Origin: an uncultured Acidobacteriaceae bacterium
Lineage (GTDB): Bacteria; Acidobacteriota; Terriglobia; Terriglobales; Acidobacteriaceae
Assembly: GCA_963725295.1 (NCBI GenBank)
Contig: CAVRYB010000035.1
Coordinates: forward strand, 4,246 to 68,245
Length of the DNA stretch: 64,000 nucleotides
Direction: 5' to 3'
A program made the position numbers and the translations under genes. Positions 36,254-49,112 of the stretch are shown piece after piece. The notes beneath the pieces were generated by a model. It was not told where the DNA came from, did not search any database, and saw nothing but the letters and a program-made list of their open reading frames with translations. Position 1 is the first letter of the stretch; every line of letters starts with the position of its first letter.

Positions 36254-38767
36254 TTATCGGGTGTTAGGTCTTTGCAACTGTGCGATTTTTGCGTGCGGCG
36301 CGGACTGCTGGTAGCCTGCTATGCCTTTGTACAGAGCTTCGGCAATCTGCTGGCGATAGGACGCGCTCTGCAGGTTGTGCTCGTCTTCGGGGCTGCTGAC
36401 GAATGAAATTTCCGTGAGGATGGCGGGCATGGTCGTCCCGGTCAGTACGACGTAGGATGCGTCTTTGATGCCGCGATTGCGAATGTCGGGATTGTTCGCG
36501 GCCAGCGTCGCGTAGAGCGAGCGCTGCACACTTGAGGCCAGGCGGCGCGACTCTTCGATCTTTTCGTGTAACCCTCCAGCAGTGAGAGAAACAGTTGTCA
36601 GCTTGGCGGACGTGCCGTCTTCGTGTTTCTCGGCTTCTTTCGATCCGGGAGCGGAGAAACTGTTCGTGTAGTAGGTTTCGACTCCGCGAGCCGTTGCCGA
36701 ACTGCTGTAGTTGGCGTGTACCGAGACGAAGAGATCGGCTTGCGCCTGGTTGGCGAAATCGGCGCGCTGGTCGAGCGGCAGATAAGTGTCCGCGGAACGC
36801 GTGAGCATGACTTCCGAGCCGAGGCGCGCTTGCAGTAATTTGGCCAGCCGCTGCGTTACGTCGAGCACCAGATCTTTTTCCAGCAATCCCTGACGCCCAA
36901 CTGTGCCGAGATCCCATCCGCCGTGACCGGCATCGAGCACGATGCGGAACTTGCCGGTCTTGGCAGGCAGAGGCTGATCCGATGCCTTCGCCGCTAGATT
37001 CGCTGTAGAAGCGGCTTTCGCGGCAGCGGGCTGAGTGCTTACAGACACTTGCTGGATCGAAGTCGTGTGGCTGGGAGAGACGCCGTTTCCGGCAAACAGG
37101 CGTCCGTTGCCGCTGCGCAACTCGACTACCAGTCGATAAGGACTAGTTTCCATGCTGACGGAGAAGTTCGAGCCGTCTTTGGTGTCGAGCACGATGCGCG
37201 TTACGCCCGCTACGGGCTGTGCGACGCGCACGCGGCTCAGCGCGGCATCCCCGACGTCCATTGTTTTGCCGTCCAATTCCGGCGCCAGGACTGTGTCGTG
37301 CAAATCAAAATAGATTCGCTCTGGCGACATGAGACGGTGCACTTCGTACGGAACCTGATCTTCCATGTCGATCACGACCGTGCTTCCCACAGAAGATGAC
37401 CAGTGACGCACGCCAGTGATTTTCGGCAAGGCAGCGAGTTTATCTGCAGGGACCGGAGTGAGTGGCGCGGTATCTGAGGCGACGCTCGCCGGGCTCATCA
37501 AATTATCGGAGGCGGCCACCGGCAAAACATTCGCCGGAGGCACCGATGGGGCAGTTACTGGGTGCGGCGCGGGCTCACTTTTTGTTGTGACGCTAGCGGG
37601 GAGCGTCTTGCCGCGCTCCTGCATGCCCCACCACAATCCGGCGGAAAACAGGGCAGCAACAGCAACCACGCCCAAGACCACACTTAGCCCGGGGCGGGAC
37701 TTGGTCGCGACGGAAAACCGCTCTGGGAATGACAGGACTCGACCGGATACGACGGGAGCGGGCGGCTCCTCGAAATCGAAAGCCTCGTCCGCCTCGAGAA
37801 AATGCTCATCGGTGTCCGCTTCCGGTAGTTCGATGGCGTTGACCGGAATCGATAAAGGTTGCGAGAGCGAGGACAGGTCATCGGCTGTCGCCAGCGTCGA
37901 CTCCGGAGCAAAGGCCACAACCTCCTGTTCGGGAATCGTGACGGTTGCAGCCGCTGCCTTCGCGACCGAAACAGCGGTTTCCGGAGGCTGGACCGCAGGA
38001 TTCTCATTCTCTGCTTCTTTGTCAGCGACTATGGCGGCGACGACAGGCTTCGCTTCAGGCTTTGCTTTGAGAATGTCGTCTGCGACTTCGGAAAGCCAGT
38101 TGATGCGGCGATCCTGATCTTCCGGCTTGAGTGCGGAGAGCACCAGTTCCGAGAACAGATCGAAACGCCGAATATCATCGTCGGTGAACGCCCAGGCGGT
38201 GTTGGAAAACGCCTGCATCACTCCAAGCTGCTCGCGGCGCCCGCGCAACGGGACCAGCACGGTGGAACGGGCTCCGATAGCACGCGCGAAATCCAGTTCC
38301 GTACGTACGTCGATGGCACAATCGTCGCATCGCAAGATGCGGCCCGATTCCATGCAGTCCTGAAGAAATGCCGATTCGCCGATCAGGCGCACTCCACGCT
38401 CGACCGAGAGCAGTCCGGAAGAAGCACGGCAAACCATGGCCGACTGCCCGGTCTGCAGTCCATTTCCTGAGGATTTCTCGGCGAGGGCGATGACGATGCC
38501 ATCCACTTTTGTGAGGACTTGCAGCCGGTCGCAGATCAGTTGCAGCACTTCATCGAGAATGAAGCGCTCGGTTTCGAATAAGTCACGACTGGCAGACTCG
38601 CGCCCGGCCAAACGCCGGTTACGGATCTGGTCATGAAGGTCGGAAAAAGCAAGCAGGGCTCGGACGGCTTCGTGCCGGGCAATCGACTCAATGACGCGGT
38701 TGCCCTCCTGGGAAGGAGAACCATCTGGCATCAATTCACAGTCGACTCTGGTTGGACTGGCACTCAT
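36254..38767 (-). CDS. GAF-TM-AMIN-N-acetylmuramoyl-L-alanine amidase (Amidase_3, AmiC-like) fusion
   Basis: 837 aa. GAF-like residues ~65-210. Acidic/Pro-Ala linker. TM segment LSVVLGVVAVAALFSAGLWWGM (~359-382). AMIN-like ITGVRHWSSSVGSTVVIDMED...YRLVVEL (~448-550). Amidase_3 FRIVLDAGHGGWDLG...LFVSVHAN...ILTEISFVS (~607-828). Confidence 0.75.
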   Translation of the reverse strand: MSASPTRVDCELMPDGSPSQEGNRVIESIARHEAVRALLAFSDLHDQIRNRRLAGRESASRDLFETERFILDEVLQLICDRLQVLTKVDGIVIALAEKSSGNGLQTGQSAMVCRASSGLLSVERGVRLIGESAFLQDCMESGRILRCDDCAIDVRTELDFARAIGARSTVLVPLRGRREQLGVMQAFSNTAWAFTDDDIRRFDLFSELVLSALKPEDQDRRINWLSEVADDILKAKPEAKPVVAAIVADKEAENENPAVQPPETAVSVAKAAAATVTIPEQEVVAFAPESTLATADDLSSLSQPLSIPVNAIELPEADTDEHFLEADEAFDFEEPPAPVVSGRVLSFPERFSVATKSRPGLSVVLGVVAVAALFSAGLWWGMQERGKTLPASVTTKSEPAPHPVTAPSVPPANVLPVAASDNLMSPASVASDTAPLTPVPADKLAALPKITGVRHWSSSVGSTVVIDMEDQVPYEVHRLMSPERIYFDLHDTVLAPELDGKTMDVGDAALSRVRVAQPVAGVTRIVLDTKDGSNFSVSMETSPYRLVVELRSGNGRLFAGNGVSPSHTTSIQQVSVSTQPAAAKAASTANLAAKASDQPLPAKTGKFRIVLDAGHGGWDLGTVGRQGLLEKDLVLDVTQRLAKLLQARLGSEVMLTRSADTYLPLDQRADFANQAQADLFVSVHANYSSSATARGVETYYTNSFSAPGSKEAEKHEDGTSAKLTTVSLTAGGLHEKIEESRRLASSVQRSLYATLAANNPDIRNRGIKDASYVVLTGTTMPAILTEISFVSSPEDEHNLQSASYRQQIAEALYKGIAGYQQSAPHAKIAQLQRPNTR

Positions 38768-39151
38768 GCTTGCGTGTTCTCTTTCGCGAAAAAGGCTTTA
38801 TTTATCGTATCCGGCGCTTGCCGGAAGCTCGTTGCCGCTCTTGGTTCGGAGCCAGTGCAACGGAAGCGCCGAACTAGTGTTTTAGCCCGGACGCTTCGAG
38901 CCCCAGGTGGTTCTGGCCGAGGCTTTTTAATGGATTTCGGCCGCAAAACGCCGTCACCACGCCACTTTTGAGCCTAATAGTCTTTGGGTGGGTGCCGCAA
39001 TGTCCGTTAGTACACGTCCGTTCGGGGGTATGGCTACAGCAAGCCAACTTGGACGGCTTCGCGGAGTTTCAGGTATGACCCTTCAGATTTTGCGGGCCGC
39101 TTTGATTCGTCCTATGGTGAAAGCAGCAAGACCGAAAGGCGGGAAGAGACG

Positions 39152-39451
39152 ATGAGCGAGCCAGTCGTGGCACCAAAGTCAGAGGGAATCCGGAAATCCA
39201 GCTGGTGGCTGCCGGGGGTAGTGATGACCAGCTTGGCGGGAGCGGCGGCAATGGTGTTTCGGGGATGCTGGCACTCAAACATGAGCTGGCCGCTCAACGT
39301 GAATGGATTCTCATACCAGGTGTGTCTCAACTGCGGCGCCATGCGACTGTTCGACGAGAAGAATCTCAAGGCGTATGGACCGGTCCGCTACAACTTGGCC
39401 GCACTGATTGCCTGGGAAAGATCGGCGAAGGCGGCACGACATTCCGTGTAG
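39152..39451 (+). CDS. Small hypothetical membrane protein with Cys motifs
   Basis: 99-aa ORF. One hydrophobic segment (WWLPGVVMTSLAGAAAMVF), then CWH...CLNCG. No family recognised. Confidence 0.35.
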   Translation: MSEPVVAPKSEGIRKSSWWLPGVVMTSLAGAAAMVFRGCWHSNMSWPLNVNGFSYQVCLNCGAMRLFDEKNLKAYGPVRYNLAALIAWERSAKAARHSV

Positions 39452-39504
39452 TGTGCGGGAAGTTCTACTTCCACGATGAGCCCTCCAGAAGCCGGAGACT
39501 TTCC

Positions 39505-40461
39505 TTAAGCACTCACCGGCTGGGCCTGACTTTTGTACCACTCGACGGTCCGGCGCAGACCTTCTTCGAAATGCACCAGAACTTTGTAATTCAGGTGCTT
39601 TTGCGCCAGCGTGATATCCGCCAGTGAATGCTTGATATCGCCGTCCCGCTCTGGCGCATACTTGACCGCGCCTTTGAATCCCGTCAGTTGTTTGAGCGCT
39701 TCGAAGGTCTGGTTCAATGTGGTCCGTTGACCGATGGCGCAGTTGAAAACGCGTCCGGCGCATTCTGCGGCCGGGGCGGAACAGGCCAGCAGGTTGGCGG
39801 AGACGGCGTTGTCAATGTAGGTGAAATCACGGCTGGTTTCGCCGTCACCAAAAATGGTTGGCTGCTCACCGCTCAGCATTTGCATGCTGAATTTGGCGAG
39901 AACGCCCGAGTAAGGCGAAGACGGGTCCTGCCGCGGGCCGAAGATGTTGAAATACCGCAGGCAGACGGTTTCGAGCCCATAGCAGCGGAAGAACGACACC
40001 ATGTAAAGCTCGCTTGCGAGTTTCGCGACCGCGTAGGGCGAGATCGGATTGGGCGACATGTCTTCGCGCTTCGGAAGCGTGGGAGTATCGCCGTAGGCCG
40101 AGGATGACGCAGCATAGACAACGCGCTTCACCTTGGCGTCGCGTGCCGCAACCAGCACATTGACGGTGCCGTCGACGTTGGCGCGGTTGCTTCCGAGCGG
40201 GTCGATCACTGATTTCGGCACCGAGGGAATCGCTGCCTGATGCAAAACGTAATCGACGCCGGAGCAGGCCTTGTGCATGGCGTCGAGGTCGAGAATGTCG
40301 ACCTCGCGAAAGTCAATCTGCTTCAAAACTTCGGTAAGATTTTCGCGCCTGCCGGTGGAAAAATTGTCGATCCCGCGGACTTCGTCGCCGCGTTTCAGTA
40401 GGGCGCGCACGAGAGATGATCCAATGAATCCGGCCGCGCCGGTCACCAGGTATTTCGCCAT
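39505..40461 (-). CDS. SDR-family NAD-dependent sugar epimerase (UDP-Glc/GlcNAc 4-epimerase-like)
   Basis: MAKYLVTGAAGFIGSSL, catalytic YAVAK, and LRYFNIFGPRQDPSSPYSGVLAKF resembling WbpP/TviC-type epimerases. Confidence 0.75.
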   Translation of the reverse strand: MAKYLVTGAAGFIGSSLVRALLKRGDEVRGIDNFSTGRRENLTEVLKQIDFREVDILDLDAMHKACSGVDYVLHQAAIPSVPKSVIDPLGSNRANVDGTVNVLVAARDAKVKRVVYAASSSAYGDTPTLPKREDMSPNPISPYAVAKLASELYMVSFFRCYGLETVCLRYFNIFGPRQDPSSPYSGVLAKFSMQMLSGEQPTIFGDGETSRDFTYIDNAVSANLLACSAPAAECAGRVFNCAIGQRTTLNQTFEALKQLTGFKGAVKYAPERDGDIKHSLADITLAQKHLNYKVLVHFEEGLRRTVEWYKSQAQPVSA

Positions 40462-40581
40462 AGTCCTTTCATGATACCGGATGGATTGCTAGATCCAGAG
40501 GGGTGGGCCATCACGAGGGTAACTTTCTGAAGATGTGACGAAAGGGGGATACGGAAGGGTTTGTCGAGCGGTCGGGAGCGA

Positions 40582-41238
40582 TCAGATGCGACGAACCCTT
40601 TTAGCCATCCGATGAAACTCGTCTTTGGAGAGCAGCCTGTTTTTGCGGAAAAAATCCCTGATCTCAGCCAGAAAGGATGTCGGATCGGCGGATGTTAGAG
40701 CATTGCGTATGGCCGCCTCCTCCAGGTCAGCGTCTCCATCTGTCGGCACACTGAGAGGGGCCGAAGCGAGGCCGTTGAAATGGGCCAGAAGCTTCTGGAG
40801 TTGCGATTGATTCTCCGGGTCGATCCGCGAGAAGCGTATACCCATGCCCAGTGCCGGGTACGACGCCCGCACGATGCCGTTGGCTTTGATCTGTATCCCG
40901 CACGATTTGAGCACGAGTTCCACTTTCGTATCGATCGGAAATGTCGTGTTCATCTCGAGGTAGCAACCATGCAGACTGATGTCGGTGAGCGTGCCCCAAA
41001 TACGCCCGGTATTAGCCTCCGTGCGGAATTCGGCGCTTCCGGAACAGCGGTAGCGAGGACTGCCTCGGCGCTCCTTGAGGGTAAGGTTCTGCGAGACGGT
41101 CTCGGGCTGCGCCGCCGGATCTGGCGGAAGCGTTGCGGCTAAGGTGCCCTTCAGTCGGCGAAGATAGTTGACGCTATCCTCCGCGTTGACGGGGTCTTCT
41201 GGAGAAGCTGAGTGTTCGGCGTGGTTGTTCAAGTTCAC
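40582..41238 (-). CDS. PilZ domain protein
   Basis: RRGSPRYR ... LTDISLHGCYLEMN ... GMGIRF pattern. GTG start is uncertain. Confidence 0.65.
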   Translation of the reverse strand: MNLNNHAEHSASPEDPVNAEDSVNYLRRLKGTLAATLPPDPAAQPETVSQNLTLKERRGSPRYRCSGSAEFRTEANTGRIWGTLTDISLHGCYLEMNTTFPIDTKVELVLKSCGIQIKANGIVRASYPALGMGIRFSRIDPENQSQLQKLLAHFNGLASAPLSVPTDGDADLEEAAIRNALTSADPTSFLAEIRDFFRKNRLLSKDEFHRMAKRVRRI

Positions 41239-41292
41239 GGACGTCTCTGACCAGATGCCTCGAACTTAGCATCGGCATATTAGTACGAGACT

Positions 41293-41925
41293 TTAGGCAA
41301 TCGGGGACGGTGGCAGAGAAGCCCGGATTTGCTGCCACAATTCGTCTTTCCCAGCGCCGGTTTTCGCCGAAAACGGCACAATGGGCACTTTCCCATAGGC
41401 CTGCCCGAGGGTTCGCATGGCCTGTTGTAACTGGTTGCTGGACAACCGGTCGCACTTGGTGGCAACGATGGCGTGGGGGCGACCCTGTGCAGACAGGAAT
41501 TCGATTAGCTGCTGATCACTTTCCTGCGGTGGAATATTTGAATCGATGAGCGCCAGGCAAAGGACCAAGGTCGGCCGCTGGTGAAGGTACGGATCAACGA
41601 AGCGCACCCAGTCGGCGGAGGTCTCGCGTGAGATCTTGGCATAGCCGTAGCCGGGCAGGTCGGCGAACACCAATTCTGGTTGCGGCTGGCCGGCGCGGCG
41701 AACTTCGTAAAAATTGATAGCGCGGGTACGCCCTGGAGTATTGCTGGTGCGGGCCAGCTTTGTGCCGAGGAGAGAATTGATCACACTGGACTTGCCGACG
41801 TTCGACCTTCCGAGAAATGCGATCTCCGGCACGCTGGGGCGGGGGAAGTGGGTCAAATCGGTCGCCGAAAGCAGAAATCGGGCCAGCATTCGCATATAGA
41901 CAGTTTCCAGTGTTCTGGCGCACAT
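41293..41925 (-). CDS. engB: Ribosome-biogenesis GTPase YihA/YsxC (EngB)
   Basis: G1 motif GRSNVGKSS, then TSNTPGRTR, DLPGYGYA and TKCD. The start may be an internal Met (41895 or 41889). Confidence 0.85.
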   Translation of the reverse strand: MCARTLETVYMRMLARFLLSATDLTHFPRPSVPEIAFLGRSNVGKSSVINSLLGTKLARTSNTPGRTRAINFYEVRRAGQPQPELVFADLPGYGYAKISRETSADWVRFVDPYLHQRPTLVLCLALIDSNIPPQESDQQLIEFLSAQGRPHAIVATKCDRLSSNQLQQAMRTLGQAYGKVPIVPFSAKTGAGKDELWQQIRASLPPSPIA

Positions 41926-41946
41926 GGCAAGTCGCGAGGTGAGTTG

Positions 41947-42177
41947 CTAGAGGCCGAGAGGGCGCTTGGTCTCGACGTCGTCTTCTTTGATGGGATGGGT
42001 CTCGTGCCACCAGGCGAGGCCGCCGGCGATGGCAAGTCCGATGAGGAAACTGAAGAGAAAGAACCAGCGATAGGCAGGCAGAGCAATGAGGAGAATCGCC
42101 ACGACGGCGATGGCGACGATGAGGCCTGCCGATCCTTTCAGGCTGAAGCGAAGACGTTGGCTGGGTTCCTGCTCCAT
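41947..42177 (-). CDS. Small two-TM membrane protein, unknown function
   Basis: 76-aa ORF with two hydrophobic helices (LIVAIAVVAILLIAL, FFLFSFLIGLAIAGGLAWW). Confidence 0.4.
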   Translation of the reverse strand: MEQEPSQRLRFSLKGSAGLIVAIAVVAILLIALPAYRWFFLFSFLIGLAIAGGLAWWHETHPIKEDDVETKRPLGL

Positions 42178-42205
42178 ACCGCAATTCTAGCGCTGCCAGC
42201 GAGGC

Positions 42206-42234
42206 AAAGAAAAAGCCCGCCGAGCAGGCGGGCT
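42206..42234 (-). terminator. Rho-independent terminator downstream of lon
   Basis: Minus-strand hairpin AGCCCGCC-tgctc-GGCGGGCT followed by TTTTTCTTT. Confidence 0.8.
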
Positions 42235-42258
42235 GGAAATCTACAAAACGGATTAGCG

Positions 42259-44664
<2,406 letters not shown>

Positions 44665-44689
44665 CTCAGTCTCCCGTCTCTGGTCCCGT

Positions 44690-45970
<1,281 letters not shown>

Positions 45971-46109
45971 TGGGCCCTACTCCCTTTCTGGTGGCCTGGC
46001 TGCCGCCTGCTGCCCGGTTTTTGGCTACATCAACCAATCCAACGCCAGCGCCAATTCCGTCGAGCCTAACCGTCTGCCCGATGCTGGTCACGAACGCCGA
46101 TCATATCCT

Positions 46110-46751
46110 CTATCGTGTCTTATAGATGATATCGTCGATGATTCCGTACTCCTTGGCCTGCTGCGAATTCATGATGAAGTCGCGTTCTACGTCTTTTTCC
46201 ACTTTATCGAGCTTCTGGCCGCTGTGCTTGGCCAGTAACTGATTAGTAATCTCTCGCATGCGGAGAATTTCGCGGGCGTGGATGTCGATGTCCGTGGCCT
46301 GCCCCGAAAGCCCGCCCATCGAAGGCTGGTGAATCAGGATGCGCGAATTGGGTAAGGCGAGCCGCTTCTTGGCCTGCCCCGCCGAAAGCAATAGCGCTGC
46401 CATGGAAGCCGCCTGGCCAATGCAAATCGTGGTCACGTCGTTCTTGACATATTGCATCGTGTCGTAAATCGCCATCCCCGCCGTGATCGAGCCGCCCGGC
46501 GAGTTGATGTAGAGCTGGATGTCTTTTTCCGGATCTTCCTGCGCCAGGAACAGCATCTGGGCGATAACCAGGTTGGCAATATTGTCGTCGATCGGGGTGC
46601 CGATAAAAATAATGTTATCGCGTAGCAAGCGCGAATAAATGTCGTAGGCCCGCTCGCCCCGGCCCGTTTGTTCAATCACCATAGGAACGAGCATCATGTG
46701 CGCGTCTTTGGAATTGGAATTGGAATTGGAATTCACGTTCGCCCTTTCCAC
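46110..46751 (-). CDS. clpP: ATP-dependent Clp protease proteolytic subunit ClpP
   Basis: [23 protein letters not shown], active-site GQAASMAA, and HQP. The start is ambiguous: GTG 46751, GTG 46736, or ATG 46697/46694. Confidence 0.95.
   Translation of the reverse strand: MERANVNSNSNSNSKDAHMMLVPMVIEQTGRGERAYDIYSRLLRDNIIFIGTPIDDNIANLVIAQMLFLAQEDPEKDIQLYINSPGGSITAGMAIYDTMQYVKNDVTTICIGQAASMAALLLSAGQAKKRLALPNSRILIHQPSMGGLSGQATDIDIHAREILRMREITNQLLAKHSGQKLDKVEKDVERDFIMNSQQAKEYGIIDDIIYKTR
46711..46734. repeat. Hexanucleotide tandem repeat (GGAATT)x4
   Basis: Perfect ggaattggaattggaattggaatt. On the minus strand it encodes NSNSNSNS in the N-terminal extension of the longest clpP ORF. Confidence 0.9.
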
Positions 46752-46820
46752 ACTCCTGCCCTTCAGTCGCTGTCTTTGCTTAAGGGGAGGATCGAAATTG
46801 TCCGCATCATGACTCCTTAC

Positions 46821-48122
46821 CTACGCGGACTGGTGGTACAGAAAATCGAGGGTCTTCTCGTTGCGGATTCGTGTTCGTATCCTATCGAGGCCCCCATCCC
46901 GTGTCAAACGAGCTCTTACTGCTTCTGACGTCTGTTTTGCTTGTTTTGCCAGTGACTCGAGTTCCTGATTCAACTCGTCGTCGCTGACCTGAATATTTTC
47001 TTCCTCGGCCACCCGTTCGAGCAGCAGCGCAGCCTTTACATCGTGGACCGCCTGGTCATGTTGTCCGGAGCGAAGGCGGTTCAAGTCCATCTTCTTCATC
47101 TGTTCAGCCGTCAGACCTTGTGCCGCCAGCGCCCGTAGGCCACGCTCGATGCGGATGTCGATCTGCTGCTCGATCAGCGATTCGGGAACTTCGAAATCGT
47201 TCTGCTGGATCAGTTCGCCGACCAGTTTGTCCTTGGCTGCGTGTTCGGCTTCGTGCTTGCGCTCGGCCTCCATCTGCTCGCGAATCGTCTTGCGAACGTC
47301 GTCGACCGTCTGAAACTCTCCCAGCTTCTTCGCGAATTCGTTGTCTAGCTCCGGCAGGCTCTTCTGCTTGATCGATTGCACTTTGACCGCATAGCTGAAC
47401 GTCTTGCCCGCAAGGCGCTTGTCCTGCGTATCTTCTGGATAGTTCACGTCGAAGGTCCGCTCATCTCCGACGACGGCGCCGCGCAGGTGTTCGGTGAATT
47501 CCGGCATCGTGTTTTTGCCGGCGACTTCGACCAGCACTTCATCCATGTGGACGGGTTGGCCGTCACCGGCCTTTTCTTCGCCAGTCTTTTTTCCTCCAGG
47601 CTTAGGCGTGCCGTCGAGCGAGACCTGAGCGAAATCACCATCAGCGAGAGCGCGGCCCTCCACCGGATCGAAACTGGCATGCCGTTCGCGCAGGTCGTTC
47701 AGCGCCTGCTCCACGTCAGCCTCGGAGACTGCGATTTCAGGCTTGTCGGCGCGGAGTTCTTTGTAACCCGACAGCTTGATCTCCGGCAGGACTTCAAACG
47801 CCGCCTTGAAGCGCAGCGGTTCGCCATCGTGCAAGTGCATGTCGGTGACGCGCGGCTGCGACACCGGATGCAAACTCAGGCGCTCGGCTTCCCGGCGAAA
47901 GAAGCGCGGGATCAGCGCCTCCACCATGTCGGTCTTGATCTCTTCGGAGAACCGCTGGCGGATAATCGATGCAGGAACATGTCCGCGGCGAAAGCCGGGG
48001 ATACGGGCAACCTTCTGATATTTTTCGATCAGCGACTCGGTCTGCCGGGTGACTTCCTCAACCGGAATCTCAACTTCAATCTCGCGTTTTGTGGTGCTCT
48101 CTTTTGTTTCCGTGGGGCTCAC
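46821..48122 (-). CDS. tig: Trigger factor
   Basis: Ribosome-binding motif GFRRGHVP, plus PPIase and C-terminal domains. The long ORF reaches 48341. GTG 48122 (VSPTETKE) has an AAGG motif 5 nt upstream and gives a typical ~433-aa length. Confidence 0.9.
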   Translation of the reverse strand: MSPTETKESTTKREIEVEIPVEEVTRQTESLIEKYQKVARIPGFRRGHVPASIIRQRFSEEIKTDMVEALIPRFFRREAERLSLHPVSQPRVTDMHLHDGEPLRFKAAFEVLPEIKLSGYKELRADKPEIAVSEADVEQALNDLRERHASFDPVEGRALADGDFAQVSLDGTPKPGGKKTGEEKAGDGQPVHMDEVLVEVAGKNTMPEFTEHLRGAVVGDERTFDVNYPEDTQDKRLAGKTFSYAVKVQSIKQKSLPELDNEFAKKLGEFQTVDDVRKTIREQMEAERKHEAEHAAKDKLVGELIQQNDFEVPESLIEQQIDIRIERGLRALAAQGLTAEQMKKMDLNRLRSGQHDQAVHDVKAALLLERVAEEENIQVSDDELNQELESLAKQAKQTSEAVRARLTRDGGLDRIRTRIRNEKTLDFLYHQSA

Positions 48123-48370
48123 AGTTACCTTTCCAAGTGCGGCAGCGGCCGACACCCGCGGAAGCAAAATAGCCCGCGTCAACACGGTGGTGCCGTATCT
48201 TTGAGTGTAAAGACTCTCGAAGAATAACGTCAAACGGCGGGAGGCTAGTTTTGGTTTACCGAGGTAACGGTGTAGCCTTTGGTTCCGTGTTCCGATTTCT
48301 GGAGGATTGGCATTTCGGAATTCGGCAATCTGTGGCTTCACGTTTTGGATGACAAGTTGGCGACTCTCCC

Positions 48371-49066
48371 ATGGCTCTGCCCAACTGGCTCAAGGTTCTG
48401 AACGCCGAAGTGATCGCCTGTACTCGTTGCCCGCGTCTGGTCGAGTATCGCGAGCGGATTGCGCGCGAGAAGCGCCGGGCCTACCGCGACCATGACTATT
48501 GGGGTAAGCCCGTCCCCGGCTTCGGCGATCCGCACGCTCGCGTTCTCGTGCTTGGGCTCGCTCCCGGTGCGCATGGCTCGAACCGTACTGGGCGTCCGTT
48601 CACAGGAGATGCGTCGGGGAACTTTATGTATCCCGTCTTGTATGAGACCGGATTTGCCAGCCAGCCGACGGCGATCTCACGCGACGATGGGCAGGTGCTG
48701 ACGGATCTCCATATCACAGCGGCGGCGCGTTGCGCCCCGCCTCAGAACAAGCCGCTGCCGGAAGAACTTGCCAACTGCGCTCCGTTTCTGGATCGCGAGA
48801 TCGATGGACTGAAGGAGCTGCGGGTCGTAGTGGCTCTGGGACGGATTGGGTTCGAGGCCTATCTCAACTACCTGTTGCGCCGGAAGGTGATCACCCGCAA
48901 GAGGGATTACGAATTTCGCCACGGCGCGGAATGTGCGATGCCGGATGGGCGCGTTCTCTTGGCGACCTATCACCCATCCAACCAGAACACGAACACCGGC
49001 AAGCTGACGCGGCCGATGTTCGTGAAGATTTTTGAGCGAGCGAATCAACTGGCCGATCGGGCCTAG
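48371..49066 (+). CDS. Uracil-DNA glycosylase, family 5 (UdgB-like)
   Basis: C-x2-C near the N-terminus (CTRCPRL). Motif A GLAPGAHGSNRTGRPFTGD. Motif B HPSNQN. Confidence 0.75.
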   Translation: MALPNWLKVLNAEVIACTRCPRLVEYRERIAREKRRAYRDHDYWGKPVPGFGDPHARVLVLGLAPGAHGSNRTGRPFTGDASGNFMYPVLYETGFASQPTAISRDDGQVLTDLHITAAARCAPPQNKPLPEELANCAPFLDREIDGLKELRVVVALGRIGFEAYLNYLLRRKVITRKRDYEFRHGAECAMPDGRVLLATYHPSNQNTNTGKLTRPMFVKIFERANQLADRA

Positions 49067-49112
49067 GAAGGGCTGGTCCACGAGGCCCAGTCCGCGCGTT
49101 CATCCTCGGTTT

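Noticed and set aside
38768-39151. 384-bp gene-free region as a possible ncRNA or riboswitch. The 227-bp gap at 52762-52988 and the 248-bp gap at 48123-48370 are similar cases.
   Set aside because: I could not identify a conserved RNA motif, a convincing stem-loop series or a terminator by eye. A covariance-model scan (Rfam/Infernal) would be needed.
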